A stretch of DNA of 64,000 nt, taken from NCBI RefSeq assembly GCF_009914755.1, contig NC_060944.1. One strand, written 5' to 3'. This document shows, in pieces, positions 45,345 to 60,742 of the stretch. The translations under genes were made by a program, and so were the position numbers. Position 1 is the first letter of the stretch. Each line of letters begins with the position of its first letter. Source of the stretch: the human T2T-CHM13v2.0 reference genome, Homo sapiens. The notes beneath the pieces were generated by a model, which was not told where the DNA came from, made no database searches, and saw only the letters and a list, made by a program, of their open reading frames with translations.

Positions 45345-45653
45345 TTTTTTTTTTTTTTCCTTTTGAGATGGAACAGAGTTTCATTCTTGTCGCCCTGGCT
45401 GGAGTGCAATGGTGCGAACTCAGGTCTCTGCAACCTCTACCTGCCAGGTTCAAGCAATTCTCCTACCTCAGCCTCCTGAGTAGCTGGGATTACAGATGCC
45501 CACCACCACTCCTGGCTAATTTTTGTATTTTTAGTAGAGATGGGGTTTCACCATGTTGGCCAGGCTGATCTCGAACTCCTGGCCTCAAGTGAAATGTCCA
45601 TCTTGGCCTCCCAAGATGGCTGGAATTATAGGCATGAGCCACTGCACCCGGCC
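45345..45653 (-). mobile_element. AluSp/Sq
   Basis: gagtttcattcttgt...gtgcaatgg diagnostics; TSD aatcttgctt. Confidence 0.92.
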
Positions 45654-46211
45654 AAAATCTTGCTTCTTGACTGTTGTAAAACTCTTTACTAAAAATATAA
45701 CTTTATTAAAAGTATAACTGTGGGGAAGTGGCAGATCATGTTTCAGGGAAGAAAGTTTTTGTCTGGTTTGTGATTGAAAATACTGGCTGAAGATTCAGGC
45801 CTGATTCAGATGGACTCAAATTTCGATCGTAGATCTGTTGTGAGCTATTTTTGGCAAGTTACTGTGTATACTGAAGCCACAGGATCACAATTCATTAGAG
45901 TCAACTAATACCCAGGGAATAAAGTAAGCCAGTGACTTCAAGAACTTTATGTGCCACTGTCAGAGAGAGACAATAAAGAAATAATAAGTACACAGGTAAC
46001 ATGATGCCTGCTAGTGACTGGTGGGAAGGACTAACATGATGGGGGTTGAGAATGCTGCTTTAGGGAGGATGCTGGAGGAGTCCTCTTCAAGGTGACATGT
46101 AGGCAAAAATCAGAGGTAAAACCTGCTTTGTAGGATTGTTATGAAGATTCATTGAGTCTACAAAGCCTTTGAAATAGAACCTGACATCTATACTTGGAAT
46201 AATCTCTTCTT

Positions 46212-46214
<3 letters not shown>

Positions 46215-46248
<34 letters not shown>

Positions 46249-46264
46249 TTGTGTGTGTGTGTGT
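46215..46264. repeat. Interrupted (GT)n microsatellite
   Basis: Two GT runs separated by attt. Confidence 0.95.
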
Positions 46265-48435
46265 CCTTTTATAATTAATGACATATATCCATTCCTTATA
46301 GTCTTACAATAAACACTTGAGTTTTGGAGCTAGAAGAAGCAGATCCACGGACAGTGAGATATGAATGTTCAAGCCCAAATGTTGAGGCCAGGGAGGAGAA
46401 GCTAGAATGCCGCAACTGGGTAGAATTATTCTAGGAGAAGTCACAGCAATGTCCCATCTTCTGTGAGACCAGAGGAAAAGCACATGCACTGATGTGTGTC
46501 CATGTGTGCATACTTGCGACTGCAAATATATGCATGCACATATGTGTTCATGTTTTGGCAAAGAAGGTCCTATAGGTTGTTCTCAGGGTCAACCCCCTCA
46601 ACCCCTCCCTGGCAGGGAGGGTTTTCCCCTGCTCTACTTTATCCTATATTTTTGGAGGTGTTCTTAAATGGCCGTATGCAATGTAAATTTCATTTAGATT
46701 TGGTTTGGGGCAGAGTAGGTCTGTTACTTCTGCCATTTGCTTCTCAAATGGATTATTTCATTTACTTGTTTACACAGTGACACAAAATCAATCCAAAGTC
46801 TTTTTTTTTTCAGCAGTACACGTGACTGTCCAATCCCAGCAAAAGAGTGCTTAAATTGTGTGATCCAGTGCTTAAAGTGGGACAGAGCATTTAATTACAG
46901 TTTAATTATCTTTGCAGAAGTGGAGCTCAGCGGTGCTTTGGTTGGTTGGTGGGCAGCTGTAGCTTCTGGGTTTCCTGCTGCCTTTTTTGAGAGTGAACTT
47001 GTTTGTAACACAATCAGATTTGCAGGTTGTAGCTTCCCAGGCCCTATCAACTGAGAATTTCATTGCTTTTAAATTGCAAGCCTTTTGTTATCACTACAAC
47101 TGTGAGCCAGACAGTCAGAATCAAAGCAAAAAGAAATGCCACCATATGAAGAGGACTGAGTCATAGCTTTGGTCTGGTCCAAGTTACAGAGAATGCAACT
47201 TTCAGATTATTTGCAATCCCGATTCCTTGTCCATGATATCATGTGTTGCTTTTGCTTCTTATTTGCAATTTCCAGTACATATCAATATCCTTGAGTGAAG
47301 TTTAATTGTGGCCTCCTTGCATTTTTGCAGCAGAGGTACCTGAAATTTTTAATATATATTCTTGCCTCACACAAAGAAAGGGAGTAAAAACTGTTTTCAT
47401 GAAAAGAAGGTACAAGAATATAAGCATTGTGTTGATGACTCTGTAATCTGTCTGCATCTGGTTAATAGGATAACAAAAACAGTTATCAGAGAGACGAGCC
47501 AAAGAATAAAATGTAATTTTGCAGAGCCTGGGCGACATTTCTATTCGTGATTTCCGTTTGCTATGCATTAAAGCACAATGGAGCCATCAGGAGGGAATGA
47601 ACTTTGTGATAGGAAAGTTTTAGCCGCTGTTTGTCAGCTGTCACCGGATGCAAGGGTACCGCAGCTGGAGCTGAGCTTGTCACTTCAACTTCTGCTAGAA
47701 AGGTACCATAAATTGGATGCAGGGACAAAAAGCAATGTAATCAAAATGAATCCCCAAGATTGAGGAGAGACTTTTAGGACCGGAGGGCCCAGGAAGATGT
47801 TTCAGCAGGCTGCAACAGGAATGCTGCTGGCAAGGTGGTTTCTTTCTCTAGCTTCACCTTCCATGCTTGGTGATTGTGTTCCTAAATAAGCTGCCAGGTG
47901 TCCACTTGCTGAGTTATGTTGAGGCACTTTGCACAAATATTGAATGTTCAGGTGGCAGTTGTTAGGCGGCATTAGTGTGCCCTTATATGTAATAAAATGT
48001 TAATTTCCTGTTACTTGTTTGCACAAACCTATCTCTGACTTTATTCTTATTGATACCTATCTAGGACTGCTCCAAAAAGAAATAAAAGGGTAGAATCCAT
48101 CAAAGCAGTTCCGGTAAATGAAACAAAATTCAGAAATCTCTGTTCTCTCCCCTCTCATTCCTTGCAGCTTCACTAGAAACTGAGTTGTAGAAAAGAAAGA
48201 AAGGCCGATTGAGGAGGTAGGAGACCTCTTTTTAACTGAGCACTGCTTGTGACTGCAAAGGAGAGAATTAACTTTGTCCCAGGTCTACCTTGAAACATTT
48301 CACCTTCACCATTGTCCTGTGACATAAGAATGTCTCCACTATTTTAATAGAAGAAAAAAACTAAGTATGAGACAGCTCTGGCACTTGCATAGCTAATACA
48401 CAGTGCACCAGAGAAGATTTGGTTATGACCAGGCA

Positions 48436-49247
48436 TACTAATTTCCTATTGCTGCTGTAAAAAAAAAAAAAAATCATACCAAACTTAATGACAAAGCAAC
48501 ACAGATTTGTGATCTTAAGTTCTGGAAGTCAGAAGTCCTAAAACCAGTGTGTCAGCAGGACTGTGTTCCTTCTGGAGGCTTTAGATCAGTTTCCTTGCCT
48601 TTTTAGATCCTAGAGGCCTCCTGCACTGATATGACCTGAGGCCACTTCCATATTCAGAGCCATGACCTTTCAAATCTCTCTGTCTCTGACCTCTGCTCTA
48701 GTTGTTCATCTTTGCCTCTGATCCTCCATTGAACCCATATGGATAATGCAGAATAACCTTGTATTAGTCTGTTTTCACACTGCTGTTAAAGACATACCTG
48801 AGACTGGGCAATTTACAAAAGAAAAAGGTTTAATTGGACTCACAGTTCCACATGGCTGGGGAGGCCTCACAATCATGGCGGAAGGCAAGGAGGAGCAAGT
48901 CACATCTTATATGGATGGCAGCAGGCAAAGAGAGGCTTGTGCCGAGAAATTCCCATTTTTAAAACCATCAGAACTTGTGAGACCCGTTCACTCTCAGGAG
49001 AACAGTACAGGAAAGACCCGCCCCCATGATTCAATCATCTCCCAAGAGGTCCCTCCCATAACACCTGGGAATTATGGGACCTACAAGATGAGATTTGGGT
49101 GGGAACACAGAGCCAAACCACATCACTCCTCATCTCAAGATCATTGACTTCATCCCATTGGCAAAGTCCCTTTTGCTATGCAAGGCTGCATATTCATAGG
49201 TTCTGAAGGTTGGATATCCGTGGGGAGCCATTTTTCAGTCTACCATA
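48436..49247 (-). mobile_element. MLT1C/D-like LTR interrupted by a THE1A/B LTR (48760-49125, - strand)
   Basis: tttcctattgctgctgtaa...ttctggaagtcagaagtcc...gcaaagtcccttttgc around tgtattagtctgttttcacactgct...agccaaaccacatca. Confidence 0.88.
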
Positions 49248-50516
49248 CCAGGCTGTAGAAAATAGTGTTATGAGAAGACCAACTCTATTCTTCCAGGTAT
49301 CTTCAGACAGAAGAGCCCTTGATCCACAAACTTCTGTGGCAATTTCTAGAACTGAGCAGGATTATTTTAAAACTAAGAATAAGTTTCAGTCATAAGATTT
49401 GTTTTTCTTTATCGCATAATCTATAAATTTCACATATCCAGTTTCAAAGACTTTCAGTGAAGCCAATTTTTAAAAAGTTGACTTAAATTAGAAACAGGTG
49501 TCTGAGGACATTAAATACAAATGCCTGGTTCCTTAGAACTTTTGGTATATGTAGATGCAGACTTCATTTCTAGGCACTAACACAGGGTCACTTTGTATGT
49601 TCAAAAAATGCAGAAATAAATCTGGTGCCTTTTTTTTTTTCAGTTTCCCAGCTATAACTGGCTCAAGAGGCCATAGCTGACCTCATTATTTCTGCAGCCT
49701 CTTGTTACTACAATGTTTACATCTTCAAGAGGCCCCATGCTGAATCTAGAGAGTGTCTTCCTGAAAAGAACAGAGTTGTTTAAGTGCATGAGTCCTAGAG
49801 CTATAGTGTTGGGGTTTCCATCTGGGACTCAAACTTTTCTAGCTAAGTCAGTTGGGCAAATGTGTTAACTGTACCTGTGCTACATTTTATTACCTTTAAA
49901 CAATCATGATAATGATGACTCTACAGTATTACTGCAGTAAGGTTTACAGGCTGAATAAGATGCTTCTGCTACATCAAGGATGCTCAATAATGCTAACTCT
50001 TATTAGTATCACTGACAAACCATGTCAGTATTTAGTGGAGACTTCACACGGAAGAGATACATTTTTCAATGCCTATTTTTTCTTTCTTTTTTTTTTCTTT
50101 TTAGATGCAGTCTAGAAAGTAAAAAAGAAAAAAGGAAGCATTTTTATTTTCTGACTTCTTTAAACTACCTTTTACAGTCATTAGTTTTAGATTTTGTTTT
50201 TTTACCTTATTTTTCTCTAAAAGCTGTCTCTCCTTGATTTGAGTGGATTTTTTGAGTCTGCAAAGCCCAGCTACCTCCCTCCTGAAGTGAGTGATTACTG
50301 AACCTCTGACCCCTTAGCCTTCCTCACCCTACCACATGTCCTTTGTATTACTCTTCATACCAGGAATTGGACCCTGTACACACTGAAAACAATATTTCTA
50401 GGAGAGAAGCAGAAGCACTGTATTTCCTTCTACTTTATGTGCATTTCAAAGTTTGTCATCAATTCCTCAGGCAGTAAACTTTTTTTCACATTGTTAAGAA
50501 TTTGTGGCTAATATGC

Positions 50517-50908
50517 CTCTTCTGAACTGAAATGTGTCCCCCCAAAATACATTGATTGAAGCCCTGACTCCCAGTGTGACTATATTTGGAAACAGGACCT
50601 TTAAGGGTCAGTTAAGGGTAAATGAGGTCAAAGAGTAGGGCCTTAATCCAACAGAAGTGATTGGTTGGTATCCTTAGAAGAAGAGGAAGAGGCACCAGGA
50701 GTGTGTAGGCAGAGAAAAGAACACCTGTGCAGACACAGTGAGAAGGCAGCTGTCTGCAAGCGAAGGAGAGAGCCCTCGCCAAGAACAAACCCTGTTGGTG
50801 CCTTGTTCTTGGACTTCCAGCCTCCAAAACTATGGGAAAATAAATTTTTGTTGTCTAAGCCTCCCAGTCTGTAGTACTTTTGTTGTGCAGCTCCGTCTGA
50901 TTAATGTA
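50517..50908 (+). mobile_element. MLT1A-type solo LTR
   Basis: aatgtgtccccccaaaat...ggccttaatccaa...ggacttccagcctccaaaact...aataaattt. Confidence 0.85.
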
Positions 50909-50945
50909 CTGCCTAATGAAGACTTATTTTAAAAATAAGAAAGCA

Positions 50946-51230
50946 TCCAGGCACGGTGGCTCCTGCCTGTTGTAATCCCAGCACTTTGGGAGGCTGAGGC
51001 GAGTGGATCACCTGAGGTCGGGAGTTTGAGACCAGCCTGGCCAACATGGTGAAACCCCGTCTCTACTAAAAATACAAAAACTTAGCCAGGTGTGGTGGTG
51101 TGTGCCTATAATCCCAGCTCCTCAGGAGGCTGAGGGGGGAGAATTGCTTGAACCTGGGAAGAGGAGGCTGCAGTGAGCCGAGAATGTGCCACCCTGGGCA
51201 ACAGAGAAAGACTCCATCTCAAAAAAAAAG
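50946..51230 (+). mobile_element. AluSx
   Basis: Full dimer with small deletion in the right arm. Confidence 0.92.
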
Positions 51231-51243
51231 AAAGTTTAGCTGG

Positions 51244-51606
51244 TGATATGGTTTGGCTGTGTCTCTACCCAAATCTAATGTTGAATTGTAGCTCCCATAA
51301 TTCTGACATGTTGTGGGAGGGACCTGGTGGGAGATAACTGAATCATGGTGGCAGTTTCCCCCATACTGTTCTCATGGTAGTGAATAAGTCTCATGAGATC
51401 CACTGTTTTTCTAACAGGTATCCCCTTTTGCTTGGTTCTCATTTCTTTCTTGTCTGCTGCCATGTAAGACGTGTTTTTCGCCTTCCAGCATGATTGTGAG
51501 GCCTCCTCAGCCACATAGAACTGTGAGTCCATTAAACCTCTTTTTCTGTATAGGTTACCCAATCTCATGTATATCTTTATCAGCAGCATGAAAATGGGCT
51601 AATACA
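51244..51606 (+). mobile_element. THE1C-like solo LTR
   Basis: tgatatggtttggctgtgtc...gagtccattaaacctc...ggctaataca. Confidence 0.9.
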
Positions 51607-52232
51607 GCATGTGTCAGTTACTTTGCTTAATCACATTCTATGCATTCACTCATTTAATCTTCTCAGCACCTCTGAAGAGGGTTCTAGTATTGCTGTCACT
51701 TTAGAGACAGGATAGCCGAGGCTTCTAGAGGTAAAACCACACATAGCTAGCGCAATGCAGAGTTGGGAAGCAAACGTTGGTCTCTGTGAATTCAGAGGTC
51801 ATGTACTCAACTGCCGCATGTGTTATCTCCTGTGTGAGGGGTGGGAACTGTGAGCTGAAATACTTATTGGGGCTTGGCAGCTAAGTTAAATGAGTAAAGC
51901 AAGGTGGTGGCAAAGAGGACCTCCCTCTTAAATAGAGGAAGCATTACATGCATCCAGCTGATTATTGCCTCTTAGAAATGTGGAAAGAAGTTTGTCTTCT
52001 CATTTTTTAAGATAATTGGAGAATATGGATTTTTCTGTGAAATTTTCTAATATTGACGACAACCTGTTAAAGTCAAAGTGATATTCCTTACCTGTTACCA
52101 TGCAGGTCAAACCAACATGGCTTCAGAATAGACGTGGCCTGGGGGCAGCCAGTTATAATCTCTGGAACACCTTTCTTTATGGTCAAAAATCCAGCATAGT
52201 TAGCCAGGTGTTGACTGAATTCATAATATACA

Positions 52233-52540
<308 letters not shown>

Positions 52541-53359
52541 TAATTAATTTGGTTTATATGGCCAACCCATGAGTTTGTGAAACTTCAGTGAACCTGGTTT
52601 ACTAAGAGATTACCATGGCAGGGTCCTTTTCAGAGCCTGGTTTATGGCAGATATCCAAAGAGTATTTAATCAAAAAGTGAATGATAGAGAAGACTTTTTA
52701 TTGGCCAGGACTATAGGTAGAGAGGACAGAAGACACAGAGATAAAAAACATACAGAGCTTCCTTGGAAGTTCTATTTTGAGCAAGTCTAACTGCAGCTTG
52801 ATTTTCTTGTCAGGGATCTTATTCTTCTAAAATATAGTCTTCAATGAGTTCATTGAGGGTTTACCTATACTAACTGATTCTGTTGATGTGTGATCACCCT
52901 ACACTGCAGCAAGCTCTGTGCCAGGAACTGATGATATAGGTATGAACAAGGCAGCCTTGATGTCCGCTCCCATGGTATAGCAGGTGAAGAAAGCACACCT
53001 ACCTTCTGAATCATAATGTATCTTACCTAGATTCGATTTTTAGCATTTTGAGCAATTCAGGTTTTATGGTTATGTGTGGAAGAGTTCCCTTCTTAACTGT
53101 GATGTCTTTAGGATTCCTACGTATTTCAGTCTAGGTTTTCTGAATGAAGGGAGGTAAGGTGGTTCTTGTGGATACACCTGAAAGTCAGTGCCATTTTTTA
53201 ATGACTAATTTACACAAACTCTATTTTTTCTCTACAATGTCCTCTAAAGAACACCACGTGATAGTGGTGATATGGATATGTACCCCAGCCCCCATTTGCA
53301 GGAAAGTAATGAAAACTTGAGTTAAATATCTTCTTTGAAGTTACTCACCTGGTAAATGG

Positions 53360-54430
53360 TTTTATTAATCAAGATACTTTAGTCACAAGAGGGAAAAATA
53401 ACTCAAACTAGATTGAGAAAATAAAAGGAATTTGTTGGTTTGTAAAATTGAAAAGCTCAGGCATAGACCCAGGGACCAGGTTATTAGATTTCTGTCTTTC
53501 TGTATTTCTTGATTCTTCTATATTAGCTTGATTCAGCATGCACATTTCATCAGAAGCTCCAATATCCACCTAGCCTCTCTGCATATCTAAAGAAAAAGAG
53601 CACTTATTTTACAACAGTTCCAAGAAAAGTCTTAGGATTTGGTCTTGGAGTGGAATTCTAGTTCCTGAACCAAGGTGTGTGGTCAAAGAGGTGCAATATG
53701 CTAATGTGGCAGATGATATTTTCCAAAACTGGACACAACAATAATCGGGTCTGATAACATTGTAAAGCCTTGTCACAGCCTACTGAAAGGTAGGTGCTTC
53801 TCTTTGAATCAGGTGCAGTTTTGTCATTTTCTCAATGAAGAAAATGTGGTGGAAGTGAGGCTGCACAACTTCTGAGCTAAGTCACAAAATGCCAGACTCC
53901 TTTCATCTGGGCCTCTGTCTCTTAAAGCACTCACTTTGGGAATCTCACCATGTTGTAAGGAAACCCAGGCCACATGGACAGGCTTCATGTGGATGTTCTG
54001 GGCAGTAAACTTAGCTAAGGTCTCAGCCGACAGCAAACCTCAATGACCAGACCTGTGAGTGAGTACGACTTTGAATGACCACAGCCCTTGCCTTCACGCT
54101 GCCCCAGCTGATGCTGAGTGGAACAGAGATGAGCTATTCTCACTAAAGCCAGCCCCAGTTGCACATCTGTGTACAAAAACAAAAGATGCTGTTGTTGCCT
54201 TAAGACACTGAATTTGGGGCAAATTTATTTTGCAGCCGTGGTAAATGGTATATTGATCATGATTAAGTTGCATTACCATCCACAGAACTGGAGTTGGGAA
54301 GTGAAAGGGGAGAGTGAACCTGAAAGGACCATCTGTAGGGACAAAGCATGAAGGAAGGGTGGTTGATAACAGAAAAATCAAAGTGACATAGCTAGAAGAA
54401 GGGTGATGAGGATTAGCAGACACAAACAAC
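53360..54430. mobile_element. Old MLT1J/K-like LTR interrupted by an MLT1F/G-like LTR (~53706-54253, + strand)
   Basis: aactcaaactag...aaaaggaatttgttgg; inner cagacctgtgagtga...gctgccccagctga...ttgttgccttaagacactgaatttgggg. Confidence 0.7.
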
Positions 54431-55914
54431 AGATGCCAGTGGTAAAGGAAGCTTCAAATATTGTCTTTAAAATTCATGCTCTTTTTACTTCCTGATGATT
54501 TTCTTTCCTTACCTGAGCTGCCCACAGACAGGTTGGAACAGAGTGTAAAGATGTAAATTACAATATAACATGAAAGGTGATTATCCTTTCCGCTAGAGCA
54601 GATAATTGAAGATTGGTTGCATTAGATAGCATGCATTCTGTTTTCGCATCTCAGCCTGTGATGGTACAGCCTAGCAGGACTGGGATGGCCCTTGAGATAC
54701 ATTGAGATATATATTCCTCGCCCTTGTGTCTATATGGGGACTGGTTGCTCCAAGTTATATTTTTTGTTTTCATTGCTTATTCGTATACGTTTTAACATCA
54801 AAAACACAATCTGGGGCCAGAAGGCAAATGGTAAATGTTAATTAAATTATTTTGAACTTTTTTCTAAATCGTTTTACATTTTCATGTTATATTTCTTCCC
54901 TGGTATTGGTTTCCAGGCATCATTGGTAGAATAAGCACATGTTGCCTATGTGAATTTTGCTGGCGCTTGGGGAAGAAGTGGCTACCACAGCATGGTGATA
55001 ATACATTAGTAATTTGTTGTGAGCCCCCAAATGGCAATATGCTTCAGAAATGCCTTTTGATAGCTGCACAAGGACAGAATAATTCATTAATATAATCAAT
55101 CATTTAATATCCCATTTTCTGATGGGAAGACACATTAACACATTTTAGGGAGATTAAAATTCTCCCCAAGATCTAACTGGTTCTCAGTTGTCCTGTCAAT
55201 GTCCAAGTAAGAAAATGTATCTAGCAAATATTTTCACATATTAGATGGAATAATTGTTTTCCTGGTTCTGCCCATTTAATGCAAACTTGCTGATACATCT
55301 TCCCCACTTCCAACTAAGTTATCTTTGTACAAACCAACTGATTGTATTCTATCCCCTGCTTATAAAAACAAATCAAGTCATTGGTTCTGTTTCATAAAGC
55401 TTTTTTGAGGGCCCACGCAGCCTTTTCTGTCTTAGCCCCATCCTACCTATTAACTTCTCTGTCTGCTTTATAGTTTTCAAATTCCTCAGGCTCCATCAAC
55501 CACAAGCTGTGTCAGGTATGTGTTGCTTAGCCCATGATGATTCCTTTTTCAGAAGTGTCTATTTTCCATTTTCCACATCTAATATTTCAATTCAGTTTTC
55601 TATATACGCTAAGACATTTCTTGCTTTCTTTATATTCCAGCATCACAGTATATGCCTATGTGTATGTGCATATGTGTATATATATAAAATGCATTTATAT
55701 ATTTTTATTTAAATTATTTTTTTGATGCTCAAAGCCACAACTAAACTGAGAGCTGCCTGACAATTAGATTGTGTCTAGTTCCACTTTATATATCCAATAC
55801 TCCCTTCAGTGTACAGATTATAATAAGTAATGGATGGATGGATGACTCATTGACAGAGGGAATCATAATCAAGTGAAGATTACAATTAATAAATACATAT
55901 AAAGTACATATGTC

Positions 55915-56279
<365 letters not shown>

Positions 56280-56701
56280 TCATTTTTCCTTTTTTATGAT
56301 GGAAGTGTATATCTGTGTCAGACCTTCTCTGGACATTGCCCACGAAGAATGAGAACACATTCAGAGAGTAGCAAGACCAGAGAGATGGTGAGGTGGCAGG
56401 ACATAATAAAGAAGATTAAACCCAGCCAGGAGTCCCATGGGTTCTGAACCTGCACGCTGCTCACAAGAGATTTCTCCCTGTAGATTGCCCTTTCCCAATG
56501 AATGTGTATATCTTTAGGATACTCATGAACTCTCCATCTTATCACAGACTCTGCAGGTCTTCTACTGACTCATGGTCAATTGGAAATGGGGAACCAGGCT
56601 TTAACCCTCTAGATGTATCTGCCTCCAAGTCCATGTTCATACACTGAAAGGCTGAGTCCCACTGGACCAGTCCTGGATTCTCCTCTTTTTAAAATATATA
56701 G

Positions 56702-57019
<318 letters not shown>

Positions 57020-59013
57020 GACAAATCTTAAATTTGAAATTAAATTGTTAAGGATATCTTTATATGGTAGAAAATAACATTCACAGATGCCAAAAAGTAG
57101 AAATCTTTCCAGCATCTTCCCTTAATGAATTTTGACCAAATATTTCCTTGATCATAATACTTTTCTTTCAAAACTCTAGATGGTCCTTATGTAAAAATTT
57201 TGTGATTCATTTTTTTAAAAAAATTGTATCTAATCTTTTATTTTCTTTCTTAAGTTTATGTTTTTCTAGACATTTTATAATGACATTTTTTAATCCAGAG
57301 AGAAGTTGAAAGAATTATGAACACCTGTATTTTCAGCAACTAGTTCCACAATTAGCACCTTGTCACATTTCTCTAATTATTCATTTTCTATTTTCACCTT
57401 GTCACATATTTCTCTAATTATTCATCTCATTGTTTATTGATCTACATTATTTTTTATGTAATTAAAAACATAAGATGTAGACATCATTATACTCTATACT
57501 CTACCTGGGAACACTTTTGGTTACTCTCCACTGCCTTCAAGTAGTTGTTTATTATACTTGGAAAGAAAGTTTAGAGTTGTTACATGTTAGTTTGATCCAA
57601 AAGGAACATTCCTGTCAGTAGTAGAAATGGAATCCTCAAGTTATTTTTTAGTTTTTGAATTTTCGTAGGCCTTTTCTAAATTAAAAAAAAAAAGCCACCA
57701 GAATAGGCCTAGGTATTAGAATCTTTTTATTAAATAACTTGACAGTTGGAAGGAGCCTTTTGATGTTCGGCAATGGTCAGCCATCTGGTTAGAAGAGATT
57801 GTTTTAGTCTTCCGGTAGCTGTTAATTTAGCTCCAACGTCTTTCTCTGTTCCATACTGTATTTGAGCTTCTTCAACCTGTTTCTCAAGTTTCTGTCTTTG
57901 TTTCTCTTTGTCTCTGTCTCCCTCTTTCTCTGTCTCTTTCTTTCTCTCTCTTCCTTTTGCCCTCTCATTTCCTTTAATGCATTTTTTATCCTAAAAGTAA
58001 AGTTTTTGCATATGTCTCCTACCACGCTAATTCATCTTTCTACAGTAGCCAATATGCCCTTCAATGCTTCTATTATACCTCTGTTATGCTTCTCAGTTTA
58101 GCAAATTTCTTCTTCTTTGTATCTATTATGTTTTTTGGTTTAGCAAATTTCTTAATTTACTTGCAATGCTTCCTGATTTCAAAGTGTTTCTTTTTTTTTT
58201 TTTTTTTTTTTTTCTGGACTGTATGCCCTAAGTTCCATAGATGTCATATTTTGTTCTTTATTTTATTTTGTCAATAGATCCAAAAACATGTTCTAAAATA
58301 ATGTATTTCTAGTATAAATTTAGTTCAGAAAGTCAACTTTTTTTGGTCATGTGCTTCACTTCATGGGAAGAGAGAGCTTTTCTGTTTGCTCATCCTGAGG
58401 GCCCCTCCTCCTTCCTGTCGTTCTGTTTTGGTGGGTCGCTATTCTGGAGAAGCTCATGTCTCAGAGGCATCCTTCTTACTTAGGATGCCTGTTTATAAGA
58501 GACATTCTGGCACCACATGAAATTTCTCTTTGTCTAGCCTCAATGTCTAGAAGTCGTCTTGCCATGGGGCCATGAAGTTTGTTACAGTAAGTTCCAGCGG
58601 GAGGCAACCGGCATGTCACCATGTATGCCTTCTGACTGTAGCTGGTGTTAATCCTGGTCTACACATTCAGCTGTACAGGAATGTTAACTGTCAGTTTTTC
58701 AGGTCAGTTTAATGTCTGACTCTGAAACCCCATTCTGTCAGATTGGCAGGAAAAGAAAGCAAGAATCTTGGTTTCAGTCTCCACCTTTTAGAATTCAGAC
58801 CATTATCTGCGGTTTTGGATAATGTGACCACCTTGGAGACTAGATAACATCTGGACTTGGTCAGCTGACCCTCCTGTGAACCACCGAGGCATCATTTTTC
58901 TCTGAGCATCAAGGTACACCGGGACCAGTAATTTGTTGCTGTTTCATTATCACCTATTGGGTAACTTGTGTCAAAATGCTTGGTGCATCACACTGCCAAT
59001 ATCCTTCCTCTAG

Positions 59014-59533
<520 letters not shown>

Positions 59534-59920
59534 TGAAACTAAACATGCACATGATATGACTTCTTGCTAGTGATTTGTTTCCAGGATCTCCTCCTAGTAT
59601 ATCCAAGGCAATGTACTATTTCATGGGAGGGGAATGGCTTTATAAAGCTTTTGTATCTACTCTCTCACAGTAATTTCTGGGGAGTCTGGGGATTTGGATG
59701 ACAACTTTCTTCATTTCCAAATCTGAATCAGCATTCTGGTTTCTTGGCTATCTCATGGAGATCTGGAAGAATAATAAGTGCTGCCTTTCATTAGGATACA
59801 ACTGCATCTAAAGGCCTCTAATCACTTTTTAGGATATATTTAAAAAAATCTAAACAAGGGCCCCCAAATAAACTACAAGCTTTGTATTTTTTTAGAAAAA
59901 CTATTATATGGAATAATTAA

Positions 59921-60291
<371 letters not shown>

Positions 60292-60612
60292 AGATTGGAT
60301 TATTAAAAAGAAAAACACTGATAGCAAACAGGGATTCCAAATTTATTCTTTGGCTTAAAAAATTTCAATATTGCTGTCATCAGGATTTCTCATTTTGAGC
60401 TCAGTTCATAATGATTCTAGGTTTGATCATATTTTAAACTTGTATCACTCTAAAATGTTAGGTTAAAACATAAAATTACAGTTTATGACAGTCAAATAAT
60501 GTTGAATAACAGCAACTTCATGTGTTTAAGTAATAGGTAAGGTTTTTGCTTTATGCACCTTTTAGTGAGTGTATTATACATCTATCTATGGTAGACACAT
60601 TTAAGAAGAGGC

Positions 60613-60742
60613 ACGGGAGGCTGAGGCATGAGAATCACTTGAACCCGGGAGGCAGAGGCTGCAGTGAGCTAAAATCACATCACTGCACTCCAGCCTGGGC
60701 AACAGAGTGAGACTGTCTCCAAAACAAGAAAAAAAAAAAAAG
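60613..60742 (+). mobile_element. 5'-truncated Alu right arm
   Basis: cgggaggctgaggca...gagactgtctc plus A tail. Confidence 0.88.

Noticed and set aside
46338-46358. REST/RE1 site (agcagatccacggacagtgag)
   Set aside because: The right half matches but the critical CAGCACC left half has two core mismatches.
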